Shown here piece after piece: positions 12,106 through 22,580 of a stretch of 64,000 nt of DNA (positions are counted from its first letter, which is position 1; each line of letters begins with the position of its first letter). The notes under the pieces are model-generated. The model saw only the letters and a program-made list of their open reading frames with translations. It did not search any database and was not told the origin of the DNA. The stretch is from NCBI GenBank assembly GCA_023664185.1, contig JAMPGA010000001.1, positions 839,473 to 903,472 of the forward strand. The letters run 5' to 3'. The position numbers and the translations under genes were made by a program. The DNA is from Muribaculaceae bacterium. GTDB lineage: Bacteria; Bacteroidota; Bacteroidia; Bacteroidales; Muribaculaceae.

Positions 12106-14844
12106 TCAGCTTCGGGTGACGTTGAGGCCATGACGGGAGAGGGTCATTTCTATCATGCGCCCGTTGGCCGGGAGGCCCGGAGAGGTCTGGAGAATGTGTT
12201 TTATCCTCGAGGCTGCACCGGGGTCTTTAGCTATCATGTACAGGTAGCCTCCACCCCCGGCACCGGGGAGTTTGTAGCCCAGACAGAGATCGTCAATAAG
12301 TCGTGTCACAGCCTCTACGGCCGGCGGATTGGTGCCTGGGTCGAGACTGATATTCTGTTGCCAGGTCTGTCTGACGAGCTGCCCCATGCGGTTGAAGTCG
12401 TCGCGCTGTATGGCGTCATACATCTCCATGGTGTGGGCTTTCATGCGCCTGAGCATCTGCAGCTGTTTGCCCTGATTGAGAAACATGCGTCTTACGATCT
12501 CGGCCAGGATATCCTTGGCCGTGCGTGTCAGGCCCGTGTAGTAAAGCAGATGGCACGGGGCATATTCGGGCGAGGTGAACAGATCGGAGGGAAGACGGCG
12601 CACCATGGGAGTCTGGTCGAAACCCTTGGTGGTCTGCAGCAGCTTCACTCCGCCTATCACTCCGCCATACTGGTCTTGCCAGCCTCCGCCGGTGGTGAGA
12701 AGTTGCTCCAGCACAAGTGTGCGGCGGCATATCTCCACCTTGTCCCAGGCCAGGTCGCAGAAGTCGCTCACGGCTCCGAGCACAGTGGCTGCCAGAATCG
12801 AGCTTGTGCCCAGGCCGCTTCCGGCCGGAATAGCCGAGAAGAGGGTTATCTCCAAGCCGCCCCCTATGGACTCGAGCTGCGCTTTGAGCGATGCATACTG
12901 CTCCAGGCTGAAGCGCGGATGGAATCCGGCCAGAGCCAGGGCAGCCTTGGGGATGGAGAAGGGCGAGCCTACCTTTTTGAAATCCATCAGCTGCTCGAAG
13001 GTCGTGATGGTCTCCGAGGCTCCAAGGTCGATGCTACGGCAGACAATATGGGGCTCGGGGCATGGACGGATATAGGTCTGCAGCGGAGGCTGACCGTTGA
13101 GCTCGATGGCCAGATTTATCACATTGCCACCTTCAACGAGGCAGAAGGGGGGAGTGTCAGTCCACCCACCGGCAATATCGATGCGCACGGGCGAGCGGCT
13201 CCACACTATCTGGTCGGCACACACTGCCCTGCGCGGGGAGTTAGGCGATATTCCCAGAGTGTCTATAAGACCGCTGCGCAGCAGCGAGAAGGCTTTTTCC
13301 TCCTGCTCCTTCCACAGCTCATCGCCGCGACGGCGCAGTATCTCGCCGCGCCACATGGCGTCGCTCATGCGTTTGAGCAATGGTTCGGACGAAGGGAGAG
13401 GGACGGGAATGGCTATGGAGCCGGAAGCAAATGCCGAGGCTTCCTCGTCGAGGTCGAGCTGATAGAACACGCTGTGCTGATGATTCACGGCCATAGCCTC
13501 GCGGTTGGCGGTGCTGAAACGGCGGCGTTGCTCCACAAGGCGTCGCAGAGAGGCCACATCCGATATCTGCTCGGCGCTCATCAGAGTCACTCCTTCGGGC
13601 AGCGGCTGTCCGGCCAGCATCAGCGAGGCCATCCGGCCCATCGCTTCAATATTGTCGACCACAGGAAACTGCGGGCGCTTCTGTTCATCCCCTGCAAAAC
13701 GGTCGTCTATGTCATATACCCTCACCATCCAGCGGTCTGAATCCAGCGGCACTATGTCGAGGCATTGACCCGGCGAGAGTGTAATCTCCCAGTCGTTTTC
13801 GGGCACACCGGTCACTATATTGTCGGTAGTGATGGTCCATCTCGGACCTATATATGAGTTTTCCACCCACACGTTGGTATTGGCCGGTGTAAACGGAGTG
13901 CGTGTGATGGAGTTCTGCACAAATATCGAGGGGTGAGGCTTGCGGTCGCGGTGCATTATCTCGCGCTGATCGTTGACGATGTTCTGTATGGCCAGCGTCG
14001 ATGATATCATTTCGCGGCTTGTGCCAAAGTGATAAAACTCCCCACCGGGCAGGGGCAGAATCTCCACAGTGAGTCCGGCCAGTTCGGGGTCGGGGTGTGA
14101 AGGGTTGCGCCCCAGGGCACGCCCGAAGTCGGAATAGAGGTCATACTCCCTGAGATTCCCATTTTCGTCGCGCGAGCGGCGGCGCAGCAGCTCCACGGCC
14201 TTATCGCTCAGAAGCCACACGCCTATATCTGTGAGATAATACCCCTCCTGAAGCAGAGACGAGAGGGTTTCGGGCGAAGGTTTCTGCAGCATCCTGTCGA
14301 GCACGTTGGGCGAGGAGTGGCGGCTGAAAAACACACCGTGATGGCTGGCAATCGAGGCGTCGAGCCAAAGGCCGTAGCACACCACGTCGGCATCCGGGAT
14401 AGGCCCGAGCTCCTCGGCGGCACGGATGTAAACGTCTCCGCTCACAATCATGGTGTTGAGGCGTGATGGTGCCTTCTCCATGATACGCTCGTAGAGAGGC
14501 AGCTGCAGGTCGAGCAGCGTCTGCGACAGGCTCTGTCCGCGCTCCCAGCGAAATATGGGTATGGGTGTCAGAATCTTGCCCGAGGGGGCATAGGCCGGGA
14601 GACGTCGGCTCTGGCCTCCGGCATGCAGCAGTATGCGTCGCCTTGAGGAGAGCCACGACTCAAATGTCGAGTCGGGAGCCCAGGCGCGGTGACACTCTTC
14701 GAGGAGCCATGTAGTGCCACCTCCGCTCCCCAGACGTGAGCCTATGGGATCGGAGGTGCAGAAGTATTCGTCAAAGCCAAGCCCCGTCACCTCGTGGAAC
14801 GAGCCCACGAGGTTTGGGGGTAGCGACAATAGTTTTTGTGTCAT
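12106..14844 (-). CDS. fkp: Bifunctional L-fucokinase / L-fucose-1-phosphate guanylyltransferase
   Basis: Start MTQKLLSLP at 14844 (TAATG overlap with the upstream peptidase). LHAGGQSRRLP in the N-terminal domain; GHMP kinase motifs RIDIAGGWTD, PAGSGLGTSS, GGGWQDQ, KLPGAGGGG. Confidence 0.95.
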   Translation of the reverse strand: MTQKLLSLPPNLVGSFHEVTGLGFDEYFCTSDPIGSRLGSGGGTTWLLEECHRAWAPDSTFESWLSSRRRILLHAGGQSRRLPAYAPSGKILTPIPIFRWERGQSLSQTLLDLQLPLYERIMEKAPSRLNTMIVSGDVYIRAAEELGPIPDADVVCYGLWLDASIASHHGVFFSRHSSPNVLDRMLQKPSPETLSSLLQEGYYLTDIGVWLLSDKAVELLRRRSRDENGNLREYDLYSDFGRALGRNPSHPDPELAGLTVEILPLPGGEFYHFGTSREMISSTLAIQNIVNDQREIMHRDRKPHPSIFVQNSITRTPFTPANTNVWVENSYIGPRWTITTDNIVTGVPENDWEITLSPGQCLDIVPLDSDRWMVRVYDIDDRFAGDEQKRPQFPVVDNIEAMGRMASLMLAGQPLPEGVTLMSAEQISDVASLRRLVEQRRRFSTANREAMAVNHQHSVFYQLDLDEEASAFASGSIAIPVPLPSSEPLLKRMSDAMWRGEILRRRGDELWKEQEEKAFSLLRSGLIDTLGISPNSPRRAVCADQIVWSRSPVRIDIAGGWTDTPPFCLVEGGNVINLAIELNGQPPLQTYIRPCPEPHIVCRSIDLGASETITTFEQLMDFKKVGSPFSIPKAALALAGFHPRFSLEQYASLKAQLESIGGGLEITLFSAIPAGSGLGTSSILAATVLGAVSDFCDLAWDKVEICRRTLVLEQLLTTGGGWQDQYGGVIGGVKLLQTTKGFDQTPMVRRLPSDLFTSPEYAPCHLLYYTGLTRTAKDILAEIVRRMFLNQGKQLQMLRRMKAHTMEMYDAIQRDDFNRMGQLVRQTWQQNISLDPGTNPPAVEAVTRLIDDLCLGYKLPGAGGGGYLYMIAKDPGAASRIKHILQTSPGLPANGRMIEMTLSRHGLNVTRS

Positions 14845-17012
14845 TATTCTGCGGAGTCGGCATTGGTGGCCTGAGGCTTGAGCCATTTGTCAAACCAGCG
14901 GAAGAAGAGACGCTGCCACAGTATGGCGTTCTGGGGTTTGAGTATCCAGTGGTTTTCGTCGGGATAGATCACCATCTCGGCGGGGATGCCGCGAAGTTTT
15001 GCGGCGTTGAAGGCCATCTGTCCCTGCGACGAAAGGATGCGATAGTCGAGCTCGCCGTGCGATATCATGATGGGAGTGTCCCATTTGTCGACGAAGCGGT
15101 GGGGCGACAGTGCAAATGTGCGCTGGGCTGTGGCATTGTCCTTGCGCCAGAAGGCTCCGAAGTCGGGCTCTACGGTGGCGTCGGGATTCTGGCGCATGGC
15201 GCCTCCGCCCATATCCCAGTTGGCAAACCACATTTCCTCGGTCTCCAGATACTGCGACTCCATGTTGAAGATACCTGCGTGAGCCAGGAAGGCAGCGAAA
15301 CGCTTCTCATGGTTGCCGGCAAGCCAGTAGGTTGAGAAACCTCCGTAGCTGGCACCGGTGCAGCCGATGTGGGCAGCGTCAACATAGGGGAACTGTTTCA
15401 TATAGTCAACAGCGGCAAGATAGTCCTTCATGTTCTGGCCACCGTAGTCGCCCGATATCTGTGCGTTCCATTCGGTGCCGAATCCGGGCAGACCGCGGCG
15501 GTTGGGGGCTATGACCACATAGCCGTTGGCTGCCATGAGGGCAAAGTTCCAGCGATAGCTCCAGAACTGGCTCACAGCCTGCTGGGGTCCACCCTGGCAG
15601 TAGAGAATGGCGGGATATGTCTTGGTCGAGTCGAAATCCTGGGGATAGATGGTCCACACGAGCATCTCCTTGCCGTCGGTGGTGGGCACCATCTTTTTCT
15701 CCACGGTGGGCATCTTGAGCGATGCGAGGAGCTCGGTGTTGACGTTTGAAATCTGCTTCACCTCGCCGTTGGCAGCGACGTGGAACACTTCGTTGGGATA
15801 CAGCATGGAGTGGCGCAGAGTCACCAGCGATCCGTCGGCCACGGGAGCCAGTGCAGCGTAGTCGCAGATGCCGTCGGCCACAGTCTTAATCTCGCGTGTG
15901 GCCACGTCGACGCTGAATATCGGTGTCACACCATCCTTGGCGGCTATGAAATAGATCGATTTTCCGTCGGGATTCCATGCGATGGCATCGGCAGTATAGT
16001 CCCACTGCTCGGTAAGATCGGATTTAGCTCCCGAAGCGAGGTCGAGTGTGAAGATGCGGTTTTTGTCGCTTTCATACCCATCGCGCTCCATCGAGAGCCA
16101 TGCCAGGGTCTGGCCGTCGGGCGAGAAGGTGGGGTTGATGTCGTAGCCCATCATACCCTCGGTGAGACAGCTGGTCTGCTTGGAGTCGAGAGTGTAGAGA
16201 TAGAGGTCTGAGTTGGTAGACACGGCATAGTCCACGCCGCTCTTTTTGCGGCAGGTGTAGACAAGGCTCTTCGAGTCGGGAGCCCAGGCAAACTGCTCGA
16301 TGCCGCCGAAGGGGCGCATGGGCGACTCAAAGCTGGGCTCGTCGGCCATGATATCCTCAAGGGCTGTGATCTTCTTGCCGTCAAACTCTCCCACGAAGGG
16401 GTGGGGTATTTCGGTGATCCACTCGTCCCAGTGCTTATACATAAGGTCGTCTATCACACGGCCGGTAGCCTTGGGCAGATCGGGATAAATATCCTTGGCC
16501 TCGCGGGCATATTTCACGGTCGACACCACGATCACCTTGCTGCCGTCGGGCGAGAAGAGGAATCCTTCTACGCCTTTCTCCACTTCGCTGGCCTGGGTGC
16601 GTCCTGAGCCGTCGGCGTTCATCACAAACACCTGAGGCTTCCCATCTACGGGATATGTGAAGGCAATCTTCTCACCGCCCTCTATCCAGCAGAAGTTGCC
16701 TTCGCTCGAGGCGGTTTTGGTGAGGCGCTTCAGCTCCGAGCCGTCGAGGTTCATGGTATAGAGGTCGGCGTTGCTCTTGTTCTCCTCCACGCTTTCATAT
16801 GATATGGCAAAGAGCACTTTCGAGCCGTCGGGCGACACTTTCACGTCGCTCACACGACCCAGAGCCTCAAGGGCGTCGATATCAAAAATTCCTGTGCTTG
16901 TCTTGAAATCGGGCTTGTCTATTACCTTGCCCTCGTCGGCTGATTGTGAGCCGCCACACGACACCAGCACGGCTGCTATACCGGCAGACATCATTACAGA
17001 CTTTAGATTCAT
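14844..17012 (-). CDS. S9 family (prolyl oligopeptidase/dipeptidyl peptidase-like) lipoprotein peptidase
   Basis: Lipobox LVSC, beta-propeller repeats, catalytic GASYGG, D in HGELDYRI, H in DENHWI. Confidence 0.92.
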   Translation of the reverse strand: MNLKSVMMSAGIAAVLVSCGGSQSADEGKVIDKPDFKTSTGIFDIDALEALGRVSDVKVSPDGSKVLFAISYESVEENKSNADLYTMNLDGSELKRLTKTASSEGNFCWIEGGEKIAFTYPVDGKPQVFVMNADGSGRTQASEVEKGVEGFLFSPDGSKVIVVSTVKYAREAKDIYPDLPKATGRVIDDLMYKHWDEWITEIPHPFVGEFDGKKITALEDIMADEPSFESPMRPFGGIEQFAWAPDSKSLVYTCRKKSGVDYAVSTNSDLYLYTLDSKQTSCLTEGMMGYDINPTFSPDGQTLAWLSMERDGYESDKNRIFTLDLASGAKSDLTEQWDYTADAIAWNPDGKSIYFIAAKDGVTPIFSVDVATREIKTVADGICDYAALAPVADGSLVTLRHSMLYPNEVFHVAANGEVKQISNVNTELLASLKMPTVEKKMVPTTDGKEMLVWTIYPQDFDSTKTYPAILYCQGGPQQAVSQFWSYRWNFALMAANGYVVIAPNRRGLPGFGTEWNAQISGDYGGQNMKDYLAAVDYMKQFPYVDAAHIGCTGASYGGFSTYWLAGNHEKRFAAFLAHAGIFNMESQYLETEEMWFANWDMGGGAMRQNPDATVEPDFGAFWRKDNATAQRTFALSPHRFVDKWDTPIMISHGELDYRILSSQGQMAFNAAKLRGIPAEMVIYPDENHWILKPQNAILWQRLFFRWFDKWLKPQATNADSAE

Positions 17013-17094
17013 GGTTTTTGAAAAAACGGGGAATTATCGCCCGGAGGCATCGGGTGCCTGCCGGGAAGATAATTCCCCTATGAGGTTTATTTGA

Positions 17095-18039
17095 TTATTT
17101 TATCAGATATTGCGATGATATGGACTCGTGGGTGTGTACTCGACGGATGGTGTCGGCAAAGAGACGTGCCACTGAGAGTATGGTGGCTTTCTTGCAGTTT
17201 TTCTGGAAGGGGATGGAGTTTGTAAACATCATCTCCTCGAGAGCCGAGTTGTCCACACGCTCGGAGGCGGGATCGCTCATGATAGCGTGAGAGCACAGGG
17301 CGCGCACTGAGCGAGCTCCGTTGGCCTTCATGAGGTCGGCGGCCTTGGTGATGGTGCCGGCCGTATCCACCATGTCGTCAATCAGAATCACGTCCTTGTC
17401 CTTGACGTCGCCAATCACGGTCATGTTGGCCACCACATTTGCCTTGGCACGCTGTTTGTGGCAGAGCACCAGCGGCACGTCGAGGTATTTCGAGTAGCTG
17501 TTGGCACGTTTTGCGCCGCCCACGTCGGGAGAGGCTATCACAAGATCCTTCAACCCAAGGCTCTGGATATAGGGGATAAACACCGACGAGGCATAGAGAT
17601 GATCGACGGGAATATCAAAGAAGCCCTGTATCTGGTCGGCATGGAGATCCATGGCTATGATGCGGTCTACGCCTGCAGTGGTGAGCAGGTTGGCCACAAG
17701 CTTGGCGGCGATGGATACACGTGGCTTGTCCTTGCGGTCCTGACGCGCCCATCCGAAGTAGGGCATGACGGCGACAATCGAGGCTGCCGACGCACGTTTG
17801 GCGGCGTCGATCATGAGCAGCAGTTCCATAAGGTTGTCGGAATTCGGGAAGGTGGACTGCACGAGATATACCTCGCAGCCACGGATTGACTCCTCAAACG
17901 AAACTTCAAACTCGCCGTCGGCAAAGTACTGGATGTTCATCTTGCCGAGCTCGCAACCCAGCTCGCGGCATATCTCCTCGGCCATATAGGTAGAGCGTGT
18001 GCCGGAAAAAATTTTGATTGGTGGCAGATTGTCAATCAT
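17095..18039 (-). CDS. prs: Ribose-phosphate pyrophosphokinase
   Basis: FADGE, PYFGWARQDRK, DLHADQIQGFF, SPDVGG, IDDMVDTAGT. Confidence 0.97.
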   Translation of the reverse strand: MIDNLPPIKIFSGTRSTYMAEEICRELGCELGKMNIQYFADGEFEVSFEESIRGCEVYLVQSTFPNSDNLMELLLMIDAAKRASAASIVAVMPYFGWARQDRKDKPRVSIAAKLVANLLTTAGVDRIIAMDLHADQIQGFFDIPVDHLYASSVFIPYIQSLGLKDLVIASPDVGGAKRANSYSKYLDVPLVLCHKQRAKANVVANMTVIGDVKDKDVILIDDMVDTAGTITKAADLMKANGARSVRALCSHAIMSDPASERVDNSALEEMMFTNSIPFQKNCKKATILSVARLFADTIRRVHTHESISSQYLIK

Positions 18040-18148
18040 AAGATTATGTGAAATGATTGGGACGGCTTTGTAGCAGGGCAGCCTCCACTACGGAGAGTGT
18101 GCCCTCAAAACTCGCCACAAAATTACGAAAATTCAGCCTAACTTCACC

Positions 18149-18706
18149 TTAATTTGCCAAAAAATCATCGTCTTCATCCGAGAAATTGCCCTCTTCGGCT
18201 CTTTTGAGCTCTCTCATTAGCTCTGTGCGGATGTAGCAGTATTTGTCATTGGGCCGGATCTCCGATAAGGTTTTCCTCAGCCTCGGGGCATATTCCTCGA
18301 ATAGCCTTGTGCTACACAATTCCTTAAGTGTGTCGGAAAAAAGTTTTACGACCTGTTCTACCTTATTTTCTTCAAGATAGTTGTTTTTGGCATACTTACA
18401 GATTTCCAGGATGGTATTGACCATCAAGCGTGCCACTGCTTCGTCGCCCGGCTCAAGCTTGGAAAAACGCTTTATTATGGAGCGTATCTCCCTCACGCGC
18501 ATGGCCGGCACGTAGTGGCGTGTGCGGTATATCTCCTTGATTATTAGATTCAGATACTCATCCGACTTTTTGTCTAAATCCGGTGAGGCAAAAAAATCAA
18601 GTATCTCCTTGGCTTCGCGGCTTTTGGAATATAGGTCGAGAATTATGTCGAGCAGTTGCGGGGCCGTAAAGCCGTTGAGGGTTTTACGCAGACTTGCCTT
18701 GCTCAT
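18149..18706 (-). CDS. Conserved hypothetical helical protein (DUF6155-like)
   Basis: 185-aa ORF whose ATG overlaps the dsbD stop; N-terminus MSKASLRK...ILDLYSKSREAKEILDFF resembles this Bacteroidales family from recall. Confidence 0.6.
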   Translation of the reverse strand: MSKASLRKTLNGFTAPQLLDIILDLYSKSREAKEILDFFASPDLDKKSDEYLNLIIKEIYRTRHYVPAMRVREIRSIIKRFSKLEPGDEAVARLMVNTILEICKYAKNNYLEENKVEQVVKLFSDTLKELCSTRLFEEYAPRLRKTLSEIRPNDKYCYIRTELMRELKRAEEGNFSDEDDDFLAN

Positions 18707-20715
18707 TTTTTCAGACCTTTTTCAAGAAATTCGGTGAATCGGGGTATGTTTTCGTCATACGAGAAGGGGCCGGAGAGTAGCTCTCCACGATCGTTGAGTA
18801 TCACATAGTAGGGTTGGGCATTGGCGTTGAATTTCGAACGCTGCAGATAGCTCCATTTGTCGCCATAGGTGTCGAGGGTGACGGTGCGGCCGTTCTCTTC
18901 CACCTTCATAGGTTTGGGCAGAGGTTTCTTTTCGTCGACCATGAGTTTTATCACCACGAAGTTGTCGGATATCATGGTCTTAACCCCTTCGTCGTCGAGC
19001 ACAGCGCCCTCCATCTTGCGGCAGTTGACGCATCCGTGGCCCGAGAAGTCGATCAGCACAGGCTTCCCTTCGAGGCGCCCGGCCTTCATACCCTCCTCAA
19101 AGTCGTCATACTCCTTAAACGAGTTGCCGTAGAGGTTGAAATCCTGGGTCCACAGCGGCGGCACAAAGGCGCTAACACCCTTAAGCGGCGCGCCCCACAG
19201 TCCGGGAATGAGGTAGACAGTGAATGCCAACGAAATGAGCGCCAGGAAGAAGCGGGTGACTCCTATCGAGGGCTCGGCATCGCCATAGTGCGAGAAGTTG
19301 AACTTGCCCAACAGGTAGAGTCCCAGCAGCAGGAATATGGCAATCCAGAGCGCCAGGAATATCTCACGGTCCAGTATATGCCAGCCATAGGCCAGATCGG
19401 CCACCGAGAGGAATTTGAGCGACAGGGCCAGCTCGACAAATCCGAGCACCACCTTGAGCGTGTTCATCCATCCGCCTGAGCGCGGGGCGCTCTGGAGCAT
19501 CGTGGGGAACATGGCAAAGAGCATGAAGGGAAGGGCAAGGGCTGTTGAGAATCCGAGCATACCTATGGCCGGACCCCACACATTGCCCATCGAGGCTGCC
19601 TCAACCAGCAGGGTGCCTATGATGGGGCCAGTACACGAGAAGGAAACAAGCGTCAGGGTAAAGGCCATGAAGAATATGGAGAGCAGGCCGGTGGTGCGCT
19701 CGGCGGTGGCATCCATGCGGTTGGCCCACGACGCCGGGAGCTTTATCTCGAATGCGCCGAAGAAGGAGATGGCAAACACTACGAGAAGCAGGAAGAATAT
19801 TATGTTGCACACGGCCGATGTGGAGAGCGCGTTGAGCGAGCTGGCTCCGAATATGCCGGTGATTATCAATCCTAAGGCTACATAGATTACTATAATGGAT
19901 ATGCCGTAGATACAGGCGTCCATCACCGAGCGTGAGCGATCCTTACCCTTTTTAAGGAAAAAGCTCACTGTCATCGGTATCATGGGCCACACACATGGAG
20001 TGAAGAGAGCCACAAGGCCGCCTAAGAAACATGTGAGGAAGATGTAGAGCAGTGAGCGTCCGGCTATCTCATTGCCTGTGTCACCCTCCGAGAAATCAAC
20101 CGGTGCCCACAGGTCTATCTCGTCGGCCGGGGCTATGGCTGTGGTTTCCGTGGATGCAGTGTCGGGCTGTACTGGTGCGGTAGCCTCTATTGTAGCAGTA
20201 TCGGCTGCCACAGGTGTTGTTGTAGCTGCTGCGGGTTCCTCGGCGGGGGTAGCTTTTATCTTGGCTTTGCCGGTGAATGTAAACGACTCTTTTGACGGAG
20301 GGATGCAGTTCTGATCGTTGCAGGCGCCATAGCGGATGGCTGCATCGATGCTGAAGTCGGGCTTGGTGGCGGTAAACTTCTGTGTGATGGTCACACTTGA
20401 GGTCCACCACGAAAGCTCCATCTCGAATATCTCGTCCATCTCTTTATGGGCAGGGGTGGATGGGGTCTTGGCGCCGTTGAGCACGACGCCCTCGGTGGTG
20501 AAGTTTATCTCGAGAGGCTGCGGGCCCTCGCCAGCCGGGAAATCCCATGAATACAGATGCCAGCCAGGCTCTATGGCAGCAGTCAGTGTTATCTCACCCT
20601 TGTCATCGCCGGTCATCTTCAGCTCGCCGGTCCATTTTACCGGTGCCATTATCTGGGCTGACACGCCAATGACGGCACAAAATATTAGAAGTATGAAAAA
20701 TGAGAGTCGTTTCAT
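18703..20715 (-). CDS. dsbD: Thiol:disulfide interchange protein DsbD (DsbC-N, CcdA TM, thioredoxin domains)
   Basis: Signal peptide, GWHLY, GACNDQNC, TPCVWPMIP, FSCTGPIIG, C-terminal GCVNC. Confidence 0.92.
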   Translation of the reverse strand: MKRLSFFILLIFCAVIGVSAQIMAPVKWTGELKMTGDDKGEITLTAAIEPGWHLYSWDFPAGEGPQPLEINFTTEGVVLNGAKTPSTPAHKEMDEIFEMELSWWTSSVTITQKFTATKPDFSIDAAIRYGACNDQNCIPPSKESFTFTGKAKIKATPAEEPAAATTTPVAADTATIEATAPVQPDTASTETTAIAPADEIDLWAPVDFSEGDTGNEIAGRSLLYIFLTCFLGGLVALFTPCVWPMIPMTVSFFLKKGKDRSRSVMDACIYGISIIVIYVALGLIITGIFGASSLNALSTSAVCNIIFFLLLVVFAISFFGAFEIKLPASWANRMDATAERTTGLLSIFFMAFTLTLVSFSCTGPIIGTLLVEAASMGNVWGPAIGMLGFSTALALPFMLFAMFPTMLQSAPRSGGWMNTLKVVLGFVELALSLKFLSVADLAYGWHILDREIFLALWIAIFLLLGLYLLGKFNFSHYGDAEPSIGVTRFFLALISLAFTVYLIPGLWGAPLKGVSAFVPPLWTQDFNLYGNSFKEYDDFEEGMKAGRLEGKPVLIDFSGHGCVNCRKMEGAVLDDEGVKTMISDNFVVIKLMVDEKKPLPKPMKVEENGRTVTLDTYGDKWSYLQRSKFNANAQPYYVILNDRGELLSGPFSYDENIPRFTEFLEKGLKK

Positions 20716-20788
20716 TATACTTTCATCTGTAAATTTGTGCAAAATTACGCATTTTACCGCTGATTTTGTGTTAAAATGTACAGAAAAT

Positions 20789-20835
20789 AAAAAAATCGCC
20801 CCAACAAGGCTCTGTCGAGGACCTTGATGGGGCGA
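20789..20835 (-). terminator. Terminator downstream of the RidA gene
   Basis: TCGCCCCA/TGGGGCGA stem with a U tract on the minus strand. Confidence 0.65.
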
Positions 20836-20848
20836 AAAGACGGTGTAA

Positions 20849-21223
20849 TCAGAGTGCGGCGATCACCTCAATCTCCACCAGCACCCCTTTTGGGAGCTCG
20901 CGCACGGCCACGGCCGAGCGTGCGGGGTAGGGAAGAGTGAAGAACTGGCCGTAGACCTCGTTCATGGGGCCGAAATTGGCCATGTCTGACAGGAATACAG
21001 TGGTCTTCACCACGTTTTCAACTCCTGCGCCTGCGGCGTTGAGCAGTGCGAGCACGTTGGCCAGAGCCTGCTCGGTCTGTGCCTTGATGCCGCCGGGTAT
21101 TTGTCCGTCGGCGGGGTTTACGGGAATCTGACCTGAGCAGAAAAGCAGATTGCCCACTTTGATGGCCTGGCTGTAGGGGCCGATGGCGGCGGGTGCAGCT
21201 GTGGTTGCGATAGCTTCTTTCAT
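20849..21223 (-). CDS. ridA: RidA/YjgF/UK114 family reactive-imine deaminase
   Basis: APAAIGPYSQA, SGQIP, VVKTTVFL, PARSAVAV, VEIEVIA. Confidence 0.93.
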   Translation of the reverse strand: MKEAIATTAAPAAIGPYSQAIKVGNLLFCSGQIPVNPADGQIPGGIKAQTEQALANVLALLNAAGAGVENVVKTTVFLSDMANFGPMNEVYGQFFTLPYPARSAVAVRELPKGVLVEIEVIAAL

Positions 21224-22566
21224 GATTTTGATATTTGGATGAATTTTAGATGTACATCTTTACCTTTGTCCTGTGCGGCTTGGGCCACGGCCTGGAGCAG
21301 CGGGGTGAGCTGTGCGGTCTCAGCATCGAAGGTGTTGAGAAAATCCGACGAGCCGAAATTGTCGAGGGTGCGGTCTACGAATTCAAGCGTGTATTTCTCG
21401 GGCGACAGTGCGGGCACCACCGGGAGCATCGTGGGGTCGACTTCCGTTGTCCCCTCGGGGAGAATGTGTGAGGTGAGCCCGGCCTCAGTGAGTCGCTTGA
21501 CTGTTTCGTTCATCAGTCGCAGGGGTATGGTCAGCGTGGAGGAGAGTTCAGAGCAGGTCTGCGGCTTCTTACCGGCATCCATGCGCTGCACTATGGCTGC
21601 CATTACGGCTATCTCGATCTTGCGGCGGTAGACAAACGATATGGTGCGCGTCTGTTTGTCGTAGCTGAACATCGATATGTTCTGGGCTGCACAGCATATC
21701 AGCGCTCCGGCCAGAGTGATGAGCCATGACAGCTGCATCCATATGAGCATGAGGGGCAGGAAGGAGAAAGAGCCATAGATGGCATTGTATTTGGCCACAT
21801 ATAACTGACCCGAAATAAACAGCCATTGCAGTATCTGAAAGGCTGTGCCGGCCACGATTCCGGCAACGATGGCGTTTTTAAACCTCACCCTGGTGTTGGG
21901 GATGAGGATATAGGCTCCGGCAAAAAAAAGCCACGCCAGCATGTAGCTGAGGCAGTCGAATATCACCTCGAGCAGTGGGGTCATGAAATGGGGGAGCAGT
22001 TTCTGTATGGCCGTCGACATGAACACCTGCAGACCACCCGAACATATCATGAGTATGGGCAGTATGATGCAGATGGCCAGATAGTCGGTGGCCTTGCGGA
22101 ATATGGAGCGGTCTACCGTGACGCCCCAAACCTGATTGAAAGTGTCTTCAACGCTGTCGAGCAGTGAAATTATGGTCCACAACAGAAAGACTATGCCTAC
22201 ACCGACAAATATCCCCTCGGAGGCCTGGGCAAGTGTGGAGTCGACAAACGAGAATGCCATCTCCAGGGCTCTGTGCTGCGAGGGGAGATAGCTAAATAGC
22301 TGAGACTGGAGCAGATTTTGAAACCCGAATCCACGCCCTATGGCAAACAGCAGGGCTATGGCGGGAACTATGGCCAGAAGGGTGCGGTAGGTCATGGCGC
22401 AGGCCTTCGACTGGAGATCGGTGCTGAAAAATGTGCGCACAGTGAGGTTCAGGGTCTTCACTATGTTCACCTTCAGAATGTCGCGATGGTCGTCCCACAC
22501 CCCTTCCGAGACATATTCCCAGAAGGCGAGCGCTTTGTCGTAGAGTCGGTCGAATTTGCTGCTCAT
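21220..22566 (-). CDS. YihY/virulence factor BrkB family membrane protein
   Basis: KACAMTYRTLLAIVP, multiple TM segments, YNAIYGSFSFLPLMLIW, C-terminal helical/HTH extension. Confidence 0.88.
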   Translation of the reverse strand: MSSKFDRLYDKALAFWEYVSEGVWDDHRDILKVNIVKTLNLTVRTFFSTDLQSKACAMTYRTLLAIVPAIALLFAIGRGFGFQNLLQSQLFSYLPSQHRALEMAFSFVDSTLAQASEGIFVGVGIVFLLWTIISLLDSVEDTFNQVWGVTVDRSIFRKATDYLAICIILPILMICSGGLQVFMSTAIQKLLPHFMTPLLEVIFDCLSYMLAWLFFAGAYILIPNTRVRFKNAIVAGIVAGTAFQILQWLFISGQLYVAKYNAIYGSFSFLPLMLIWMQLSWLITLAGALICCAAQNISMFSYDKQTRTISFVYRRKIEIAVMAAIVQRMDAGKKPQTCSELSSTLTIPLRLMNETVKRLTEAGLTSHILPEGTTEVDPTMLPVVPALSPEKYTLEFVDRTLDNFGSSDFLNTFDAETAQLTPLLQAVAQAAQDKGKDVHLKFIQISKS

Positions 22567-22580
22567 GACGTTGGTTTTCG

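Noticed and set aside
12130-13740. 536-aa plus-strand ORF
   Set aside because: Antisense shadow of fkp; no motifs; expected from codon bias in GC-rich genes.
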